DNA of 49,117 bases from an uncultured Clostridia bacterium (GTDB lineage: Bacteria > Bacillota > Clostridia > TANB77 > CAG-508). How positions within the stretch are numbered: position 1 is the stretch's first letter; the number at the start of each line of letters is the position of its first letter. Under the pieces are notes generated by a model, which was not told the origin of the DNA, ran no database searches, and worked only from the letters and a program-made list of their open reading frames with translations. The stretch covers positions 1 through 49,117 of the forward strand of contig CALXUH010000033.1 of assembly GCA_944391645.1 (NCBI GenBank), given 5' to 3'. A program made the translations under genes and the position numbers. This document shows positions 20,681 to 31,133 of the stretch, piece after piece.

Positions 20681-22576
20681 TTATACTAATCCTTTTTCTA
20701 TCATTTTTTGAAGTGTTATTATAAACATTGCATGTGACCAACCTAATCCTATTATCCATGCAGGTGCCATCGAATTATTATCTATCTGTTCTGAAAGGAA
20801 GCCGTGTTTTCCAGCTGTTTTTAATACAAAATCAAAGCATTCCTTTGCTTTTTTATTTTCTCCTGTTTCTAGATAATAATTTGCCATCCATAGGTTTGAA
20901 ATTACCCATGGTTTTCCATCCATGTAATGATCATTTTCAAATCTTTGGTAACCACCTGTATATGTTCTAATTGTCATATTTAATTTTTCTACTGTATTCA
21001 ATACTTTTTTCTCTTTTGCTGTAAACATATTAAATGGATAAACTATTCCTAAAATGCTTATATCCATTTTTCTATCTTCTATATTTCTAACAAAACTTTT
21101 TTTGTTCTCATCATAGAAGTTCTGTAAGCAAAATTCTTTTATTTCTACAAGAATATTTCTTAAATTTTCTTTTTCCTTATTTACATTTTCCTGTTTTACT
21201 CTATTTTTAGTAAATTCATCCTTTAATTTGTCATATATTTTTATCATTGCATCAAAACCAGCATAAATACTTGCCATTGAATATAAATGTATGCCTTCAT
21301 GCATTTCCCATAAGTCATAGCTTAAATGCATTTTATTTTCTTTAGACAAAACATCTTTTGTATATTCTTTTAGAAATTTTGTTGCTTTTTCAAGCATTTT
21401 TAAATTATCTTTTAGGAATTTTTTATCCAATGTTGCTAAGTAGTGGTTGTATACTCCATATATTACTGAGGCAGTTTCATCAATTTGGTAACCCCAACAA
21501 GGAGCTAATCTTCCATCTGTATAAAATCTTTGCTCCCACATTCCATTTCTACTTTGTGTATTTCTACAAAATATTTTATAGAACTTTTCGACTTCTTTTT
21601 TCATGTTTAAAATATCCATTGCATTAGTAATAAATACTGCATCTCTCGGCCAACAATATGTATATCTTCCACATTTAGTTAATTTTTCATCAACTTCCAC
21701 TGCTGCAGAAATTCCTCCAGTTTCGGAATTTGTAAGTAAAGGATAAAGTAATATTGTTCTTTCATATATTTCTTGTATTTTATTATTTCTTAAATTATCT
21801 ATTAAGTCTAAGTTTAAACCATCATGGTTTTTTAAATACTTTATCCAATATTTTTTTGTATTATCATATTCTGTTTTAAAATCTATTTTTCTTATTCTTT
21901 CAATAGTTTTTTCTATACCATATAAACCATTTTTATTATCATCTATATATATATATAATTCAAAAATTCTTTCTGCATTTGGTTTAAGTATTCCTAAATC
22001 ATAACTTATTCCAGAATCTGAAGACATACCCACATAATCTTTATCCCAAATTTGACCTTCATTTATATTAGCATTAGTATTATTTATTTGTGAATTTAAT
22101 AATTTTTCCTTAGAAAAAGTGCACACTGTATAATCATGCATATATTGTAACAATGCATCATTTTTGCATAGTCCACTTACCTGATTATTGTCTGTCGAAA
22201 TTAATTTTGAATGTATTAGTAAATTTAAGTTTAAATCTATTACATTCTCATTTATAAATTTAATTCTTCTTACTAAAACATTCTCTTTAATACATACATA
22301 ATCAGTTTGTAATATTTTTAGTTTAAAATATGTATTTAATATTTCTGTATTTAGGATATTTGTTCCTTCAGTATAATATTGATTATATATGTTATTTATA
22401 TCATTATGTAAATATACAATATTAGAGTCATTTATTTTTAGTCCCATATAATAAAAATCAATAAATTGTTTATAATCTGTATTTGGGTATAATAATCTTA
22501 GTAATTCTCCTTTTCTTGTAAAACTTGCTGTAATATTTTCATTTCCAACTATTGCGTCATTTAAATATTTTTCCAT
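20681..22576 (-). CDS. GH15-family glucoamylase-like glycoside hydrolase
   Basis: 631 aa with a C-terminal (alpha/alpha)6-type region carrying YCWPRDAVF and LWEMHEG-type acidic motifs. Confidence 0.75.
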   Translation of the reverse strand: MEKYLNDAIVGNENITASFTRKGELLRLLYPNTDYKQFIDFYYMGLKINDSNIVYLHNDINNIYNQYYTEGTNILNTEILNTYFKLKILQTDYVCIKENVLVRRIKFINENVIDLNLNLLIHSKLISTDNNQVSGLCKNDALLQYMHDYTVCTFSKEKLLNSQINNTNANINEGQIWDKDYVGMSSDSGISYDLGILKPNAERIFELYIYIDDNKNGLYGIEKTIERIRKIDFKTEYDNTKKYWIKYLKNHDGLNLDLIDNLRNNKIQEIYERTILLYPLLTNSETGGISAAVEVDEKLTKCGRYTYCWPRDAVFITNAMDILNMKKEVEKFYKIFCRNTQSRNGMWEQRFYTDGRLAPCWGYQIDETASVIYGVYNHYLATLDKKFLKDNLKMLEKATKFLKEYTKDVLSKENKMHLSYDLWEMHEGIHLYSMASIYAGFDAMIKIYDKLKDEFTKNRVKQENVNKEKENLRNILVEIKEFCLQNFYDENKKSFVRNIEDRKMDISILGIVYPFNMFTAKEKKVLNTVEKLNMTIRTYTGGYQRFENDHYMDGKPWVISNLWMANYYLETGENKKAKECFDFVLKTAGKHGFLSEQIDNNSMAPAWIIGLGWSHAMFIITLQKMIEKGLV

Positions 22577-22626
22577 TTTTTCTCCTCTAATCTTATTTAT
22601 TTAAAATAAAAAGTAAAATCCATGTA

Positions 22627-24270
22627 TTAGGATATAATTTTTACAATTTGTCTTTCTAATTCTTTAATTCTTTCATTTATTTCTTGTATATCTTCATCAG
22701 TTTTATCCTCATTAAACATATCTTCTCTTATCATTTCTTCCATATCTTCTATTTCTTCTTTTAATGTTGCCAATCTATCTATTACTTCTAGTCTTAAATA
22801 TTTTGGTTTTTCAAATCTATCTACTTTAGATATTATATTAATCTTTTCATTTAATTCATATGTTTCTCCATAATCTGGTATTGTTACTGGGATTTTAGTT
22901 GTTTCTAATATTTTCTGCTTTAATATTTTCTGACCTTCCGGTTCTCCATGTATTAAGAAAATATGTTTTGGTTTATTTATAAATGAATATACAAAATTTA
23001 ATAACCACTCTTGGTCTGCATGACCAGAATATCCTTCTATATATTCAATCCTAGCATTAACTGCAACATCCTCTCCAAAAATTTTAACTTTTTTTTCTCC
23101 ACCAACAATTCTAGCTCCCAATGTTCCAGGTGCCTGATACCCAACAAACAATATTGTGTTTTTAGGATTCCATAAATTATGTTTTAAATGGTGTTTTATT
23201 CTACCAACTTCACACATTCCACTTGCAGAAATTATAATGGATGGTCTTTCACTTTCATTTAATGCTTTAGATTCCTCCGCTGTTCTTGTAAACTGTAAAC
23301 CAGGAAATTCTAGAGGATTATCCCCACTTTCAATTCTTTGTTTAACATCCTCATCAAATAAATCTGTATTTTGTTTAAATATTTCAGTTGCAGATATTGC
23401 TAGTGGGCTATCTACATAAACAGGTGCTTTCATTAATTGCTCAAATTTTTTTGTAAATTCTTCGTCTTTTCTTTTTTCTTTTAATTTATTTATTTCATAT
23501 AAAATTTCTTGAGTTCTTCCAACAGCAAATGACGGTATTATTACATTACCACCTTTATCTAGAGTTTCTGCTACTATGTTTAAGAATATTTCTGCTTTAT
23601 CATCATTTCTAATATGTAGCCTTCCTCCATATGTGGATTCCATTACCAAATAGTCTGCATTTTCCATCATGGTAGGAGCACCTAAAAGTGGTATATCGTT
23701 ATTTCCTAGGTCCCCTGTAAACACTATTTTTTCTGTTTTTCCATTTTCTCTTACCCAAATTTCTACAATGCTAGATCCTAACATGTGTCCAGCATCATTA
23801 AATCGTATATTTATATCTTTATCTAGTTCAATTATTTCGTCATATTTTACCGGTTTAAAAATTTCTAAACATTTTATAGCATCTTCTGCTGTATAAAGTG
23901 GTGGTAGAGCAGTTTTTCCACTTCTTATTCTTTTTCTATTTCTCCACTCATTTTCCATTTCTTGTATATGTCCACTATCTGGTAACATTATTGAGCATAA
24001 ATCACATGTTGCTTTTGTGGCATAAATTGGATTTCTATATCCATCATTGTATAATTTAGGAATTTTTCCTGAATGATCAATATGAGCATGTGTTAATATC
24101 ATAAAATCTATATCATTTACATTGTAAGCAAAATCTTCATAATTTTCACGTTCTTCCAATGCTTTGCCTTGATATAATCCACAATCAATTATTATTTTTT
24201 TCCCTGCAGCCTCTAACAAAAAATTTGATCCTGTAACAGTTTTTGTTGCTCCTAAAAAGGTAATTTTCAT
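22627..24270 (-). CDS. beta-CASP MBL-fold ribonuclease (CPSF-like)
   Basis: 547 aa with the HAHIDHSG metallo-beta-lactamase motif, a beta-CASP insert and a C-terminal acidic coiled tail. Confidence 0.8.
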   Translation of the reverse strand: MKITFLGATKTVTGSNFLLEAAGKKIIIDCGLYQGKALEERENYEDFAYNVNDIDFMILTHAHIDHSGKIPKLYNDGYRNPIYATKATCDLCSIMLPDSGHIQEMENEWRNRKRIRSGKTALPPLYTAEDAIKCLEIFKPVKYDEIIELDKDINIRFNDAGHMLGSSIVEIWVRENGKTEKIVFTGDLGNNDIPLLGAPTMMENADYLVMESTYGGRLHIRNDDKAEIFLNIVAETLDKGGNVIIPSFAVGRTQEILYEINKLKEKRKDEEFTKKFEQLMKAPVYVDSPLAISATEIFKQNTDLFDEDVKQRIESGDNPLEFPGLQFTRTAEESKALNESERPSIIISASGMCEVGRIKHHLKHNLWNPKNTILFVGYQAPGTLGARIVGGEKKVKIFGEDVAVNARIEYIEGYSGHADQEWLLNFVYSFINKPKHIFLIHGEPEGQKILKQKILETTKIPVTIPDYGETYELNEKINIISKVDRFEKPKYLRLEVIDRLATLKEEIEDMEEMIREDMFNEDKTDEDIQEINERIKELERQIVKIIS

Positions 24271-24295
24271 ATGTTTTCCTCCTCGTTCTTTTGCA

Positions 24296-25814
24296 TTATA
24301 AAAATATTTTAATTTTTTTATTATATTTTACTGTTAATTCTTTTAAGTTATTATATTTTTCTTTTTTTTCTATACTATTTTCATCATAAATTATAACATT
24401 ATTTTCATTATCTATTTTAATATATGCACTTTCTAAATCTATTATTTTCGTATTAAAAATGTTTTTGTAAATAATATAATTTTCTTCTACATCTTGGCTA
24501 AATATATTTAATGCTTTTATATTACATCCTTTAGTTATTAAGTTTTTTTCAACCTTTTCAAATTGTTTTTTACATATATCACCTGCAATTTTATTATCAT
24601 CTATGTTAATTAACTTTAAGTATCTTAATATGTGTATTTCTTGAACGATTTCTTTTTTTAAATTAATATTTGTAATTTGTATATTTATAGCTTTTAAAAC
24701 TATATTTATAAACTCTCTTACAATTTCATTTGGTGATTCAACATTTAATTCTTTAATAAAATTTAGTTTTTTTTCTATTTTAGATTTTTCTTTTACATAG
24801 TTTTTTGGTTTTAAATTTTCAGTCAGATTTTTTATTTCATTTTCAAGGAAATCTCTTTTTTCTTGTACCTGTTCACTAAAATCACTTAATGAAAACACTC
24901 TTTTATCTTGTGGTAATTTTTCATTTTGTTTTATATATTCTCTTTTTAACTCTAAATCATCATTTATATATTTATCTATTTTTTCAATTTCTTTTAAATA
25001 TTTTTTCTTCTGATTTGTAATTTTTTCAATATATGTTTTTTTATCTTCCATTAATGAATATGTTTTTTCCATTTGTTTTTGAATATCTTTTAATACTTGT
25101 TGCTCATCAGGATTTTCATTTATATAATTTAATATAGATACTTGTGCTAATATTTTTAATATTTTATCTACAAGTAATGGTTTGTATCTTTCTTTAAGCA
25201 TTATTTCTAAATCTTTTAAATTCATATTTTTATTTTGATTTAATTTATTACTACCTAGTAAATATACCATACATTGATAAACTAAATTTGCAATATAATT
25301 GTCTATTTCATTTGTCATTATATTCCATGACCAGCCATCAAAATCTCTTATAACCTCACTTTTAGAAATTATTTCTCCTCTATTTAATACTGCAAAAATA
25401 GATTTTTCATTTAAATCTTCACTTTTTTCATTGAATTTATTATTATTTAATTCATATATTGCCATTAAAAGAGCTAATTCATTTTGGTATGTTAGTATTT
25501 TTTTTTCATTATCTATGACCATACTTTTTTTTGATTGTAGTATTTGATTTTCATCTATTGAATTTGGTTTTATAATTTCTATGTCTTTGCAATCTCTTCC
25601 GTATTATTTTTATTAATTCTTCCAAATATTCATTTTGTGGTTCTACATCAACTTTTGTTTTTTTATAATCTTCATATGAATTTTCTATTTTATAAAGCAT
25701 ACTTGAAAGTAGATTTTTAACATCCTTAGAAAAAGTTTTTTCCCCTAAAATGTTTTCTAATTCTTCATTATAGTCTTTTATTTTTAATTTTTGCATTATC
25801 TTTTCTTTTTCCAA
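24296..25814 (-). CDS. hypothetical protein (about 505 aa), readable only with a +1 shift at in-frame CGG
   Basis: ORF pieces 25551..25814 and 24296..25522 join when the C at 25601 is skipped. The joined sequence ..ELIKII|GRDCKDIEIIKPNSIDENQILQSKKSMVIDNEKK.. has no stops. I recognised no domain. Confidence 0.6.
25599..25601 (-). other. in-frame CGG / +1 shift site (hypothetical gene): ATA CGG AAG read as ATA [C] GGA AGA
   Basis: The 0 frame stops 15 codons later. The +1 frame runs without a stop into ORF 24296..25522 (frame arithmetic checked). Confidence 0.7.
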
Positions 25815-25836
25815 AGCTTGTACCTTCTTTCGTTAT

Positions 25837-28141
25837 TTATTCTTTATCTTCTGGTATTGGTTTTGCCATTTTTAATTCTTCCCATCTTTCTTTTGGCATT
25901 AGAACTTTTCTCGGTTTACTTCCTTCATAGCCAGATATAATTCCTCTTTCTTCCATTTGATCTATTATTCTTCCTGCTCTTGCATAACCTACTTTAAATT
26001 TTCGCTGTATATATGATGCAGAAGCTTGCCCCATTTCTATAACTGCTTCTATCGCATCCATTAAAAATGGATCTGTTTCATCATCTATCGCATCTTCTAT
26101 TTCCTTGTCTGTAGAATTTGCTTTTTCAATTTTTTCTAACACATCCTCACTATATGTTGCTCCTCCATTTTCCTTTAGGAAGTTTACTATGTCTTCTACC
26201 TCTCCATCTGAAATAAATGCACATTGAACCCTTTGTTTTTTTTGTCCTCCAGACATTGCAAAAAGCATATCACCTTTTCCAAGTAATTTTTCTGCTCCCC
26301 CGCAGTCTAAAATTGTTCTAGAATCTACTCCGAGATGTTACTGCAAAAGCTATTCTTGTTGCAATATTTGCCTTAATTAATCCTGTAATTACATCTACTG
26401 ATGGTCTTTGTGTTGCTATTACCAGGTGCATTCCTGCTGCTCTAGCTTTTTGCGCCAATCTACAGATTGCTTCTTCAACCTCTTTTGAAGCTACCATCAT
26501 CAAATCTGCAAGCTCATCTATAATTATAACTATTTGTGGTAATTTTTCTGCTGAACCTTCTTTTTCTAAAGCTTCGTTATATCCTTGTATTTCTCTAACA
26601 TTTTTTTCAGCAAATAAATGATACCTATTTTCCATTTCCTGCACTGCCCATGCTAATGCTCCAGCAGCTTTTTTGGGATCTGTAACTACTGGTATTAGTA
26701 GATGTGGTATTCCGTTATATATTGAAAGTTCAACTACCTTTGGGTCAACCATAACAAGTTTTACTTCACTTGGTTTTGCTTTATATATAATGCTTGTTAT
26801 TAATGTATTAATACAAACACTTTTTCCAGAGCCTGTGCTTCCAGCAATTAAAACATGTGGCATTTTTGCTATATCAGTTATAACTAGCTCTCCTGCTGCA
26901 TCTTTCCCTAATGCAAAAGTTAATTTTGATTTTGACATCTTAAATTTATCGCTATCTATAATTTCTCTTAATGTTACAACCTCTTTTTCCTTATTTGGTA
27001 TTTCTATTCCCACAGCCTGTTTTCCTGGAATAGGAGCTTCTATTCTTATACTTTCTGCAGCCAAACTAAGTGCTATATCATCTGCTAAATTAGCAATTTT
27101 ACTAACTCTTACTCCTTCGGCAGGTTTTAACTCATACCTTGTTATTGTTGGTCCTACAGATACATTTTCAACTTTTGCAGAAACACCAAAACTATATAAT
27201 GTTCTTTGCAATTTACTTGCTGTATCTTGGATTGCTTTTTTTGTATTTTTAGCTTTTATTTTACCTTCCTTTAAAAACTCTATAGGTGGAAACTCATAAT
27301 TCTTATCTTCTACAGTTAGTGCATGTTCTAATGTTAAGACTTCTCTTGATTTATCCTCTTTAATTTCATCTTGTTTCTCAAATAGTTCATTTTCTGGCAT
27401 GTTTTTTTGGCTAATGCTATTTATTGGCATTTTTATTTTTATCTGCTCATCTAAAATTTCTGATTCTTCTTTTTCTTTTTCTTTTTTACTAAACAAACCT
27501 TTATGAACTTTTTCTTTTTTTATTTCTATATCTGATTCATCCTCATATTTATTACTTTTAATTTTTTTATTCTCTTTTTCTTTTATAATTTCCTTTTCAG
27601 CTTCTTTTTCTTCTACCATATTTTTTACAATTTCTGCTGGTCTTATTCCATATAGGAAAATAATCGTTATAATTCCTACACCTATAGCAAGAATTACAGT
27701 TCCTACTGTATCGATTAACTGTATAAGTGGGTATGCAAAAATTGCTCCAATTGCTCCCCCACCTATGCTTTTTGTACCCTCATTATATGCATATGTAACA
27801 GTTTTTTCAAATTCATTTTCATTTACATTTATATTTCCTTTTAAAACAGTTATTGTAACAGATATGCAAATTAGCAGTACTAAATACTGCATTAATTTTG
27901 ATGTAATATATTGTTTATCTTTATCACATGCTACATTTATAGCTATTAAAAACAACCCAAATGGGACAATATATTTTATCCATCCAATAATTCCGCCTAA
28001 CATTGGGCTTAAATGCTCTCCAATATAGCCAGATTGTACATATATTAAAATAGTTGATAATACACTTAATAGTAATAACATTACTACCTGTAAATCTTTA
28101 TTATGTTTTTTTTGTGCTCTTTTTGCTTTTCTCCTTGCCAT
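25837..28141 (-). CDS. ftsK: DNA translocase FtsK/SpoIIIE, readable only with a +1 shift at in-frame CGG
   Basis: Has N-terminal TM helices, Walker A GSTGSGKS, Walker [12 protein letters not shown] and a C-terminal gamma wHTH ([20 protein letters not shown]). Pieces 26318..28141 and 25837..26268 join by skipping the C at 26332, giving RIAFAVTS|[24 protein letters not shown]. The joined length is 768 codons. Confidence 0.9.
26330..26332 (-). other. in-frame CGG / +1 shift site (ftsK): TCT CGG AGT read as TCT [C] GGA GTA
   Basis: The 0 frame stops 3 codons later (TAG at 26318). The +1 frame restores the conserved DSRTILD..GAEKLLG..GDML block. Confidence 0.85.
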
Positions 28142-28235
28142 TTTTTTCCCTTCTATATTTTAATTTATTTTCCAATTTCAATAAAAAGCCAGAATTTTAA
28201 ATCGTGTGATTTAATATTTTCTGACTTTCAGATTA

Positions 28236-28694
28236 TTATTTAAGTTCTTTCCTATTTGTTTCTATTGTTTTTATTGCCTCATTAATTGATACGCTTACAT
28301 TATTTATTGCATTTTCTAGATTTGCAAGTATTGCATCTGCATAGTCTTTTGTTCCTTTTGAAATTTCTCTTGACATTTCATTTGCAGTTTCTATTATTTC
28401 TGCTTTTTGGTCATATGCTTTTCTTGTTATTTCATGTTCATCTATCATTGCAATAATTCTATTTTCTGCTTCTCTTACTATATCATCTGCTTCTTTTTTT
28501 GCTTCTTCTATTATTCTTGTTCGTTCTTCTTTAACCCATTTTGCCTGTTTTAATTCATCTGGTAATTTTAGTCTTATTTCTTTTACTATTTCTAATACTT
28601 CCTCTTTTTCTACTATTCCTTTTTCTGTAAATGGAATACTTTTGCTTCTTTCCATTATATCCTCTAGTGTTTCTAACAATGTGAAAATTTCCAT
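28236..28694 (-). CDS. coiled-coil protein of unknown function
   Basis: I prefer ATG 28694 with an AGGGG SD 6 nt upstream, which removes the overlap with rsmD. The protein is rich in charged helices (KEADDIVREAENRI..). Confidence 0.6.
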   Translation of the reverse strand: MEIFTLLETLEDIMERSKSIPFTEKGIVEKEEVLEIVKEIRLKLPDELKQAKWVKEERTRIIEEAKKEADDIVREAENRIIAMIDEHEITRKAYDQKAEIIETANEMSREISKGTKDYADAILANLENAINNVSVSINEAIKTIETNRKELK

Positions 28695-28698
28695 TTTC

Positions 28699-29256
28699 TT
28701 ACCCCTTTCGAATAAATATGAGCCATACGCTTCCATATTTTCTCTTATCAAAAATTTCTGCTTTTTCTATCTTTAAAATTTCTGTTTCTTTATTTATATC
28801 ATCTGTTTCTATTACTACAATTCCGTCCTGGGTTAGCAAATTGCTCATAATTATCTTTTGTAAACTTTCTATTGCTAAATTTGTTTTGTATGGTGGGTCT
28901 AAAAAAATTATGTCCATCTTTTTATTTTGAATATGTATTTTTTCTAATACATCTTTATAGTTTTTGTTTATTATTATTGCTTTATCTAAATTATTGGTAT
29001 TTAAAACATTTTTCTTTATAACTTGTATTGCTTCTGTTGAATTGTCACAAAAAATAGCTTCCTTTGCGCCTCTGCTTAATGCTTCTATTCCTAGGGCTCC
29101 TGTCCCTGCGAATAAATCCAGAACAATAGCATCTTTTATTCTAAATTGTATTATATTAAATAAAGCTTCTTTTACCCTGTCTAATGTTGGTCTGGTATTG
29201 TTGCCATCTAGAGAAAGTAATTTTTTACCCCTAGATTTGCCACTAATAACTCTCAT
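28699..29256 (-). CDS. rsmD: 16S rRNA (guanine966-N2)-methyltransferase
   Basis: MRVISGKSRGKKL.., the SAM motif LDLFAGTGALGIEALSRGA, and the DPPY motif (FLDPPYK). I prefer ATG 29256 with an AAAGAGG SD. Confidence 0.85.
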   Translation of the reverse strand: MRVISGKSRGKKLLSLDGNNTRPTLDRVKEALFNIIQFRIKDAIVLDLFAGTGALGIEALSRGAKEAIFCDNSTEAIQVIKKNVLNTNNLDKAIIINKNYKDVLEKIHIQNKKMDIIFLDPPYKTNLAIESLQKIIMSNLLTQDGIVVIETDDINKETEILKIEKAEIFDKRKYGSVWLIFIRKG

Positions 29257-29372
29257 GTATATACCTCTTTTATACCTATATATTTTATTTGATTTTAGAA
29301 ATATGTCAATAGTATTCATTAAATTGTAATATAGATATAATATTTTTGTAATATTTACAATAATTCTAATAC

Positions 29373-29401
29373 ATTATACATTATGTAATTTATTTTTTCA
29401 A
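29373..29401 (-). promoter_or_regulatory. sigma-A-type promoter upstream of rsmD
   Basis: TTGAAA (29401..29396), a 17-nt spacer, then TATAAT (29378..29373). Confidence 0.5.
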
Positions 29402-29719
29402 GTTTTTGGTAATTTTTATATAAAAATTATATAAAAATATTATGCAAAATTTATTTTAATCTTTTATTAAAAAAATATATAAACAAAAAAAGAAGCTAAC
29501 TTATTTCTAAATTAACTTCTAATTAATAATACATTTTATAACTAATATATTAATATTCTAGTTTGCTTTATTAAATTTTAACATATATCCTAGTTTAAAG
29601 GTTTCATTGAACAATTTTGTAAAATATTCGAAACATTGTTATTTGATTACATCATTCTATTTTTTCGAACTTGCAATACTGCTATTTTACAGTTATGTGA
29701 ATAAATTTATTATTACTTA

Positions 29720-30601
29720 TTAGAATTTATTTAACTTTTTATAAGCAACTGTTAATATTTCCTCATATTTTCCTTCAATTACTTGTTTATAAAACTTGTT
29801 TCTTACACCAGAAATAATATCGATTTCATCTATTAAATCAAAAATTTTTTTCATATTTATTTTATCATACATTCTAATTAAAGCATTATTACAATCTTCA
29901 TTATTCAAACTTGTAATAAATTCAAAATATTTTATTTTAGCTCCATTATCCCTAATTGCAGATGATGTATTTTTTATGCAATCTTGCATCTTAGAGTTTT
30001 TTTCTAAACATTCTTGCATTTTTTCATCTGTATATACTGAAAATAAGCAAGAACCACAATCGTAAATTGGAGCGAATATTAACTTTTCATCTTCTATATT
30101 TTTTAAGAATCCCCAATTTCCATTATGTCTATCCTCGTTTCCTATCAAACAATCGATTATAAACATATTCCAAAATTTTTCTTTTAAATCATTTAAGTCA
30201 ACATTATACACTCCAGATTCAACTATACGAAATATATCTTTTATTTCTCTTTTGAAAGGATTTGGTTCAATACTTGCATTTTCAAACTTTTCAAATTCTA
30301 CTAATTTTGTATCTTTATTAGTAAAATCTTCACATCCACACACAATTCTTTGCTTTCCATCTTTACTATATGTTCCTAAAATTACCTTTTGTGTTTTAAA
30401 CCCGCATAATTCAAATATTTTTGAACCTATGTATTCAGAATACACATTATTTATATAAGATATTGCTAACTTGGTTGACCTATTAGGATCTGGAAATTTT
30501 ACTAGATATTTTTTATTATCTAATATCATTGTCTTTTTCTTTTCACTGCCTGTATATTCTGGCGCAATTTCTATGGCATTTGAAAAATCAACTAGAATCA
30601 T
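29720..30601 (-). CDS. short HipA-like Ser/Thr kinase (HipA C-terminal domain only)
   Basis: 293 aa with the catalytic-loop motif GNEDRHNGNWGF, a downstream IYDCGSC, and an N-terminal Gly-rich loop-like YTGSEKKK. It lacks the N-terminal subdomain found in long HipA. Confidence 0.7.
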   Translation of the reverse strand: MILVDFSNAIEIAPEYTGSEKKKTMILDNKKYLVKFPDPNRSTKLAISYINNVYSEYIGSKIFELCGFKTQKVILGTYSKDGKQRIVCGCEDFTNKDTKLVEFEKFENASIEPNPFKREIKDIFRIVESGVYNVDLNDLKEKFWNMFIIDCLIGNEDRHNGNWGFLKNIEDEKLIFAPIYDCGSCLFSVYTDEKMQECLEKNSKMQDCIKNTSSAIRDNGAKIKYFEFITSLNNEDCNNALIRMYDKINMKKIFDLIDEIDIISGVRNKFYKQVIEGKYEEILTVAYKKLNKF

Positions 30602-30637
30602 ATTCCCTACTCCTTTCGTGTAATTTTAATGTATTAT

Positions 30638-30865
30638 TTATTTAATTAATTCAGTATCTATATATTCCCTTGCTTCTTCTATATTATCTGTCTCTACAAA
30701 AATATTTTCTTTTTCATCTTCAACAGAATATCTTGTATATTCTCCTCTTATATAACTATAAATTATATACCCTTTATACCTTTCAACTAAATCATTATAT
30801 CTTCTTCTCATTGGACCTTTGCAAGTTATATCCTGAATTTCATATTCTTTAAAATTAAATTTCAT
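30638..30865 (-). CDS. small hypothetical protein (75 aa), middle gene of the HipA-like module
   Basis: The ORF is 3 nt from the upstream gene and 36 nt from the kinase gene. I recognised no domain. Confidence 0.5.
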   Translation of the reverse strand: MKFNFKEYEIQDITCKGPMRRRYNDLVERYKGYIIYSYIRGEYTRYSVEDEKENIFVETDNIEEAREYIDTELIK

Positions 30866-30868
30866 ATT

Positions 30869-31087
30869 TTATCTTTCCCATTCATCTATTTTCTTATCTA
30901 CATCTTTCATTGTCATAACAGGTAAGCTATCAACTTTTGCCCCTTTAGGCCAAGTAATTTTCTTTCCAGTCTTTTGCTCTATGTATGCTTCTATTTCTTC
31001 ATCATTCATTTGTATTAATTTTTCATATGGTATTCCTATTTTATTTGAAAGTATTTCTTTTGTCCTATTTGATAATTTAAAACTCAT
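30869..31087 (-). CDS. small hypothetical protein (72 aa), first gene of the HipA-like module
   Basis: The ORF starts 46 nt downstream of the lysS stop with an AGGAG SD. The segment RTKEILSNKIGIPYEKLIQM could be a helix-turn-helix, but the evidence is weak. Confidence 0.5.
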   Translation of the reverse strand: MSFKLSNRTKEILSNKIGIPYEKLIQMNDEEIEAYIEQKTGKKITWPKGAKVDSLPVMTMKDVDKKIDEWER

Positions 31088-31133
31088 TTTTTACTCCTTC
31101 TATAAATTTTTATTAAAAATCATTGAATACTTA

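Noticed and set aside
22627-24270. RNase J.
   Set aside because: It has the MBL and beta-CASP motifs. However, its N-terminal layout (KITFLGATKTVTGS..) and 547-aa architecture with an acidic coiled tail fit the CPSF-like beta-CASP RNase group better than RNase J. I therefore called it generically.
28695-28751. N-terminal extensions in the ORF track that create gene overlaps. These are 28695..28751, 29257..29319, 10505..10522, 37502..37510, 42736..42747 and 33752..33763.
   Set aside because: In each case an internal ATG with a well-spaced SD gives a start that matches the conserved protein N-terminus and removes the overlap. The extension codons include the SD itself.
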